Shown piece after piece: positions 62,004-64,000 of a stretch of DNA of 64,000 bases. This stretch comes from Terriglobia bacterium (GTDB taxonomy: Bacteria; Acidobacteriota; Terriglobia; 2-12-FULL-54-10). Positions within the stretch are counted from its first letter, which is position 1. Every line of letters begins with the position of its first letter. The notes under the pieces are model-generated. The model made no database searches. It worked only from the letters and a program-made list of their open reading frames with translations, and was not told where the DNA came from. The translations under genes and the position numbers were made by a program. The stretch is from the NCBI GenBank assembly GCA_963666975.2, contig CAXVYR010000003.1:448001-512000 (forward strand). Direction: 5' to 3'.

Positions 62004-63314
62004 ATGAATGATGTAATGATGAATAACGAAGCCGATTCACATGCCGTGGCGCGAACTCTGAACGTCTCCATCGAAAAATTGGTATATGGAGGCGAGGGGC
62101 TGGCGCGCACCGAGCAAGGCGTGCTGCTGGTGCCGGGCGTGTTGCCGGGCGAGAGCGTAGAGGTAGAACTCGGACCGCGCCAGCACGGAGTTCTGCGAGG
62201 CCGCTTGGTGCGCCTTGTGGAGCCCTGCCGGGAACGGGTTCCGCCCGACTGCCCTTACTTTGACCAATGCGGCGGCTGCCAGTATCAATTCATCAGCTAC
62301 GAGCAGCAGTTGCGGCTCAAGCAGGAGATTCTGCGGGAATGCTGCGAGCGGGTAGGCAAGTTTCGCATCGATGTTCCTGTCACAGTGCTGGCCGACGCGC
62401 CCTGGCACTACCGTAACCGCACTCGATTGCGGATTGAGAATCAATCGGGACGTTTTGAGATCGGATATTTTGAACCCTCCTCCCACCGTCTCTGTTCCAT
62501 TGAGCGCTGTCCCATTAGTGCGCCCGCCATTAATGACGTATTGAAAAGTCTTTGCGGCGGAGTCGGCGCGTCCTGTTTTCCGGAGGGCAAGGCGGAGATC
62601 GAGTTGTTTGCCTCCGACTCCGGCCAGGCGATTCTGGTGACGGTCTCCTCCTCTTTGGCTCCGCCTATGGATTTCGGGGAGAAACTGCGGAGCGCGTTAC
62701 CCGGTGTCGAATCTGTTTGCTGGCTGCAGGAACCTTCCGGAAAGAAAACGATCTGGGGCAGCGGATCGATTACCTACCATGTGGGCGAGTTCCATTATCG
62801 TGTAGGGCACGATTCCTTTTTCCAGGTCAACCGCTTCTTGCCGGACGAATTGATCCGTGCTGTAGTCGCGGACCTCGAAGGCGCTCGCGCGCTGGACCTC
62901 TATGCCGGCGTCGGCCTGTTCACCGTCCCGCTGGCTCGCCAGTTTCAGCGAGTAACGGCAGTGGAAGCCCAAGCGGCGGCTGCCAGGGACCTGGCCTCGA
63001 ACGTGGGTGTGGCGGGCACGCGAGTACGTTCTTATCACAGGGCAGTGGAAAAGTTTATTGCGAATACATCGCCCAGCTGGGAGTTGATCCTGGTCAACCC
63101 GCCTCGCAACGGCCTGAGCAAGATTGTGGTGGAGCATCTGCGACGGTTGCATCCGCGCCGCTTTGTTTATGTATCTTGCGATCCCACCACGCTGGCCAGG
63201 GATTTGGCTGCGCTCATCCATTCGGGATATCAGATACGGTCTGTTCATTTAGTTGACCAGTTTCCACAGACGTTCCATCTGGAAAGCGTGATTCATATGG
63301 AGCACGCTGGATAG
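62004..63314 (+). CDS. rlmD: 23S rRNA m5U1939 methyltransferase (TRAM + 4Fe-4S)
   Basis: GGEGL, CPYFDQCGGCQYQ, SFFQVN, DLYAGVG, YVSCDP, FPQTFHLE; start uncertain. Confidence 0.9.
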   Translation: MNDVMMNNEADSHAVARTLNVSIEKLVYGGEGLARTEQGVLLVPGVLPGESVEVELGPRQHGVLRGRLVRLVEPCRERVPPDCPYFDQCGGCQYQFISYEQQLRLKQEILRECCERVGKFRIDVPVTVLADAPWHYRNRTRLRIENQSGRFEIGYFEPSSHRLCSIERCPISAPAINDVLKSLCGGVGASCFPEGKAEIELFASDSGQAILVTVSSSLAPPMDFGEKLRSALPGVESVCWLQEPSGKKTIWGSGSITYHVGEFHYRVGHDSFFQVNRFLPDELIRAVVADLEGARALDLYAGVGLFTVPLARQFQRVTAVEAQAAAARDLASNVGVAGTRVRSYHRAVEKFIANTSPSWELILVNPPRNGLSKIVVEHLRRLHPRRFVYVSCDPTTLARDLAALIHSGYQIRSVHLVDQFPQTFHLESVIHMEHAG

Positions 63315-63329
63315 GAGCCTCCACAGGTG

Positions 63330-64000
63330 ATGCGGAACCCGCTCGTTCCCGTTACTGCCGCCTTTGCCGCCGGGATTTGGTTTGCTCCCCGGTTTTTCCT
63401 CTCCGCTTCGGAGCAAGTTTTCTTCCTCTCTCTAATCGTTTTTGGATCCATAGCTTTACTCGCTCTAAGGCGCTACGGGAAAGGCTGGCTCCTGGCATTG
63501 CTGGGGTTCTTTCTGTGCGGAGCGTTCCTGGCTGCGGAGGAGCAAGCGGTCCTGCCGGCGGAGCACATCGAATCGCTCGCCGAGCGGGGCTTGATCGATC
63601 CAGCGCAACCGATTCAAATCACCGGATGGGCCCGTACTCCTTCGGTCCGGCATCCCAGGGGACAATACTTTGACTTAGCGTTGACCGAGATCCGCCAGCA
63701 GGGCCGCGTTATTTCTGCAGAAGGCATCATCCGGCTCAACGAGTATCTGTACGATGATAAAGCCAAGCCTCTCGATATTGCATACGGGATGCGTCTTAGG
63801 TTTCCTTTGAAAGAACTCCGCAGACCCCGCAACTTCTTGACTCCGGGCTCCTACGATTGGGCAGGATATATGCGGCGGCAGGGTATTTATTTCACCGGGC
63901 TGTTGCGCGACCAGGAAACGGTGGCGACGCTGCCTGGCCGCGCTGGCAGCCGCTACTGGTCCATTCTCTATCGGGTTCGCAGCCGCTTGCTCTCCCATAT
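63330..64000 (+). CDS. comEC: ComEC/Rec2 competence protein, N-terminal part (runs off the window end)
   Basis: MRNPLVPVTAAFAAGIW TM segments, then a DUF4131-like region ...PRNFLTPGSYDWAGYMRRQGI. Confidence 0.78.
   Translation, partial: MRNPLVPVTAAFAAGIWFAPRFFLSASEQVFFLSLIVFGSIALLALRRYGKGWLLALLGFFLCGAFLAAEEQAVLPAEHIESLAERGLIDPAQPIQITGWARTPSVRHPRGQYFDLALTEIRQQGRVISAEGIIRLNEYLYDDKAKPLDIAYGMRLRFPLKELRRPRNFLTPGSYDWAGYMRRQGIYFTGLLRDQETVATLPGRAGSRYWSILYRVRSRLLSH

Noticed and set aside
63085-63110. RlmD NPPR instead of DPPR
   Set aside because: Asn occurs at this position in active m5U methyltransferases such as RlmC, so it is not a defect.

Overview
Bacterial chromosome segment of roughly 55-60% GC (estimated by eye). 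Gene content and protein style suggest Acidobacteriota, possibly a metagenome assembly (inference). It is mostly housekeeping: ychF, fabH, truA, thiC, nuoB, typA, mutM, a ROK kinase, mqnA, secY, pheA, lon, dapD/dapA, rsmI, dgt, yceD-rpmF-plsX-fabD-fabG, wecB with four glycosyltransferases, comM, valS-birA-coaX, rlmD and the start of comEC. I found no rRNA, tRNA, CRISPR array or intact transposase. Main points for follow-up: (1) a radical SAM enzyme with a CX8CX2C motif translationally coupled to mqnA, possibly a non-orthologous step in the futalosine menaquinone pathway; (2) an HPF/RaiA-sigma70 fusion protein; (3) an apparently lower-GC AlbA_2 + ParA module beside comM, with a lesion in each gene; (4) secY and nuoB outside their usual operons; (5) an ArsM-like methyltransferase + PiT pair; (6) a MITE/REP-like element, a 51-bp direct repeat and many short intergenic tandem repeats; (7) many frameshift or nonsense lesions, some of which may be assembly errors. 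All calls come from motif recognition by eye; no database searches were run.
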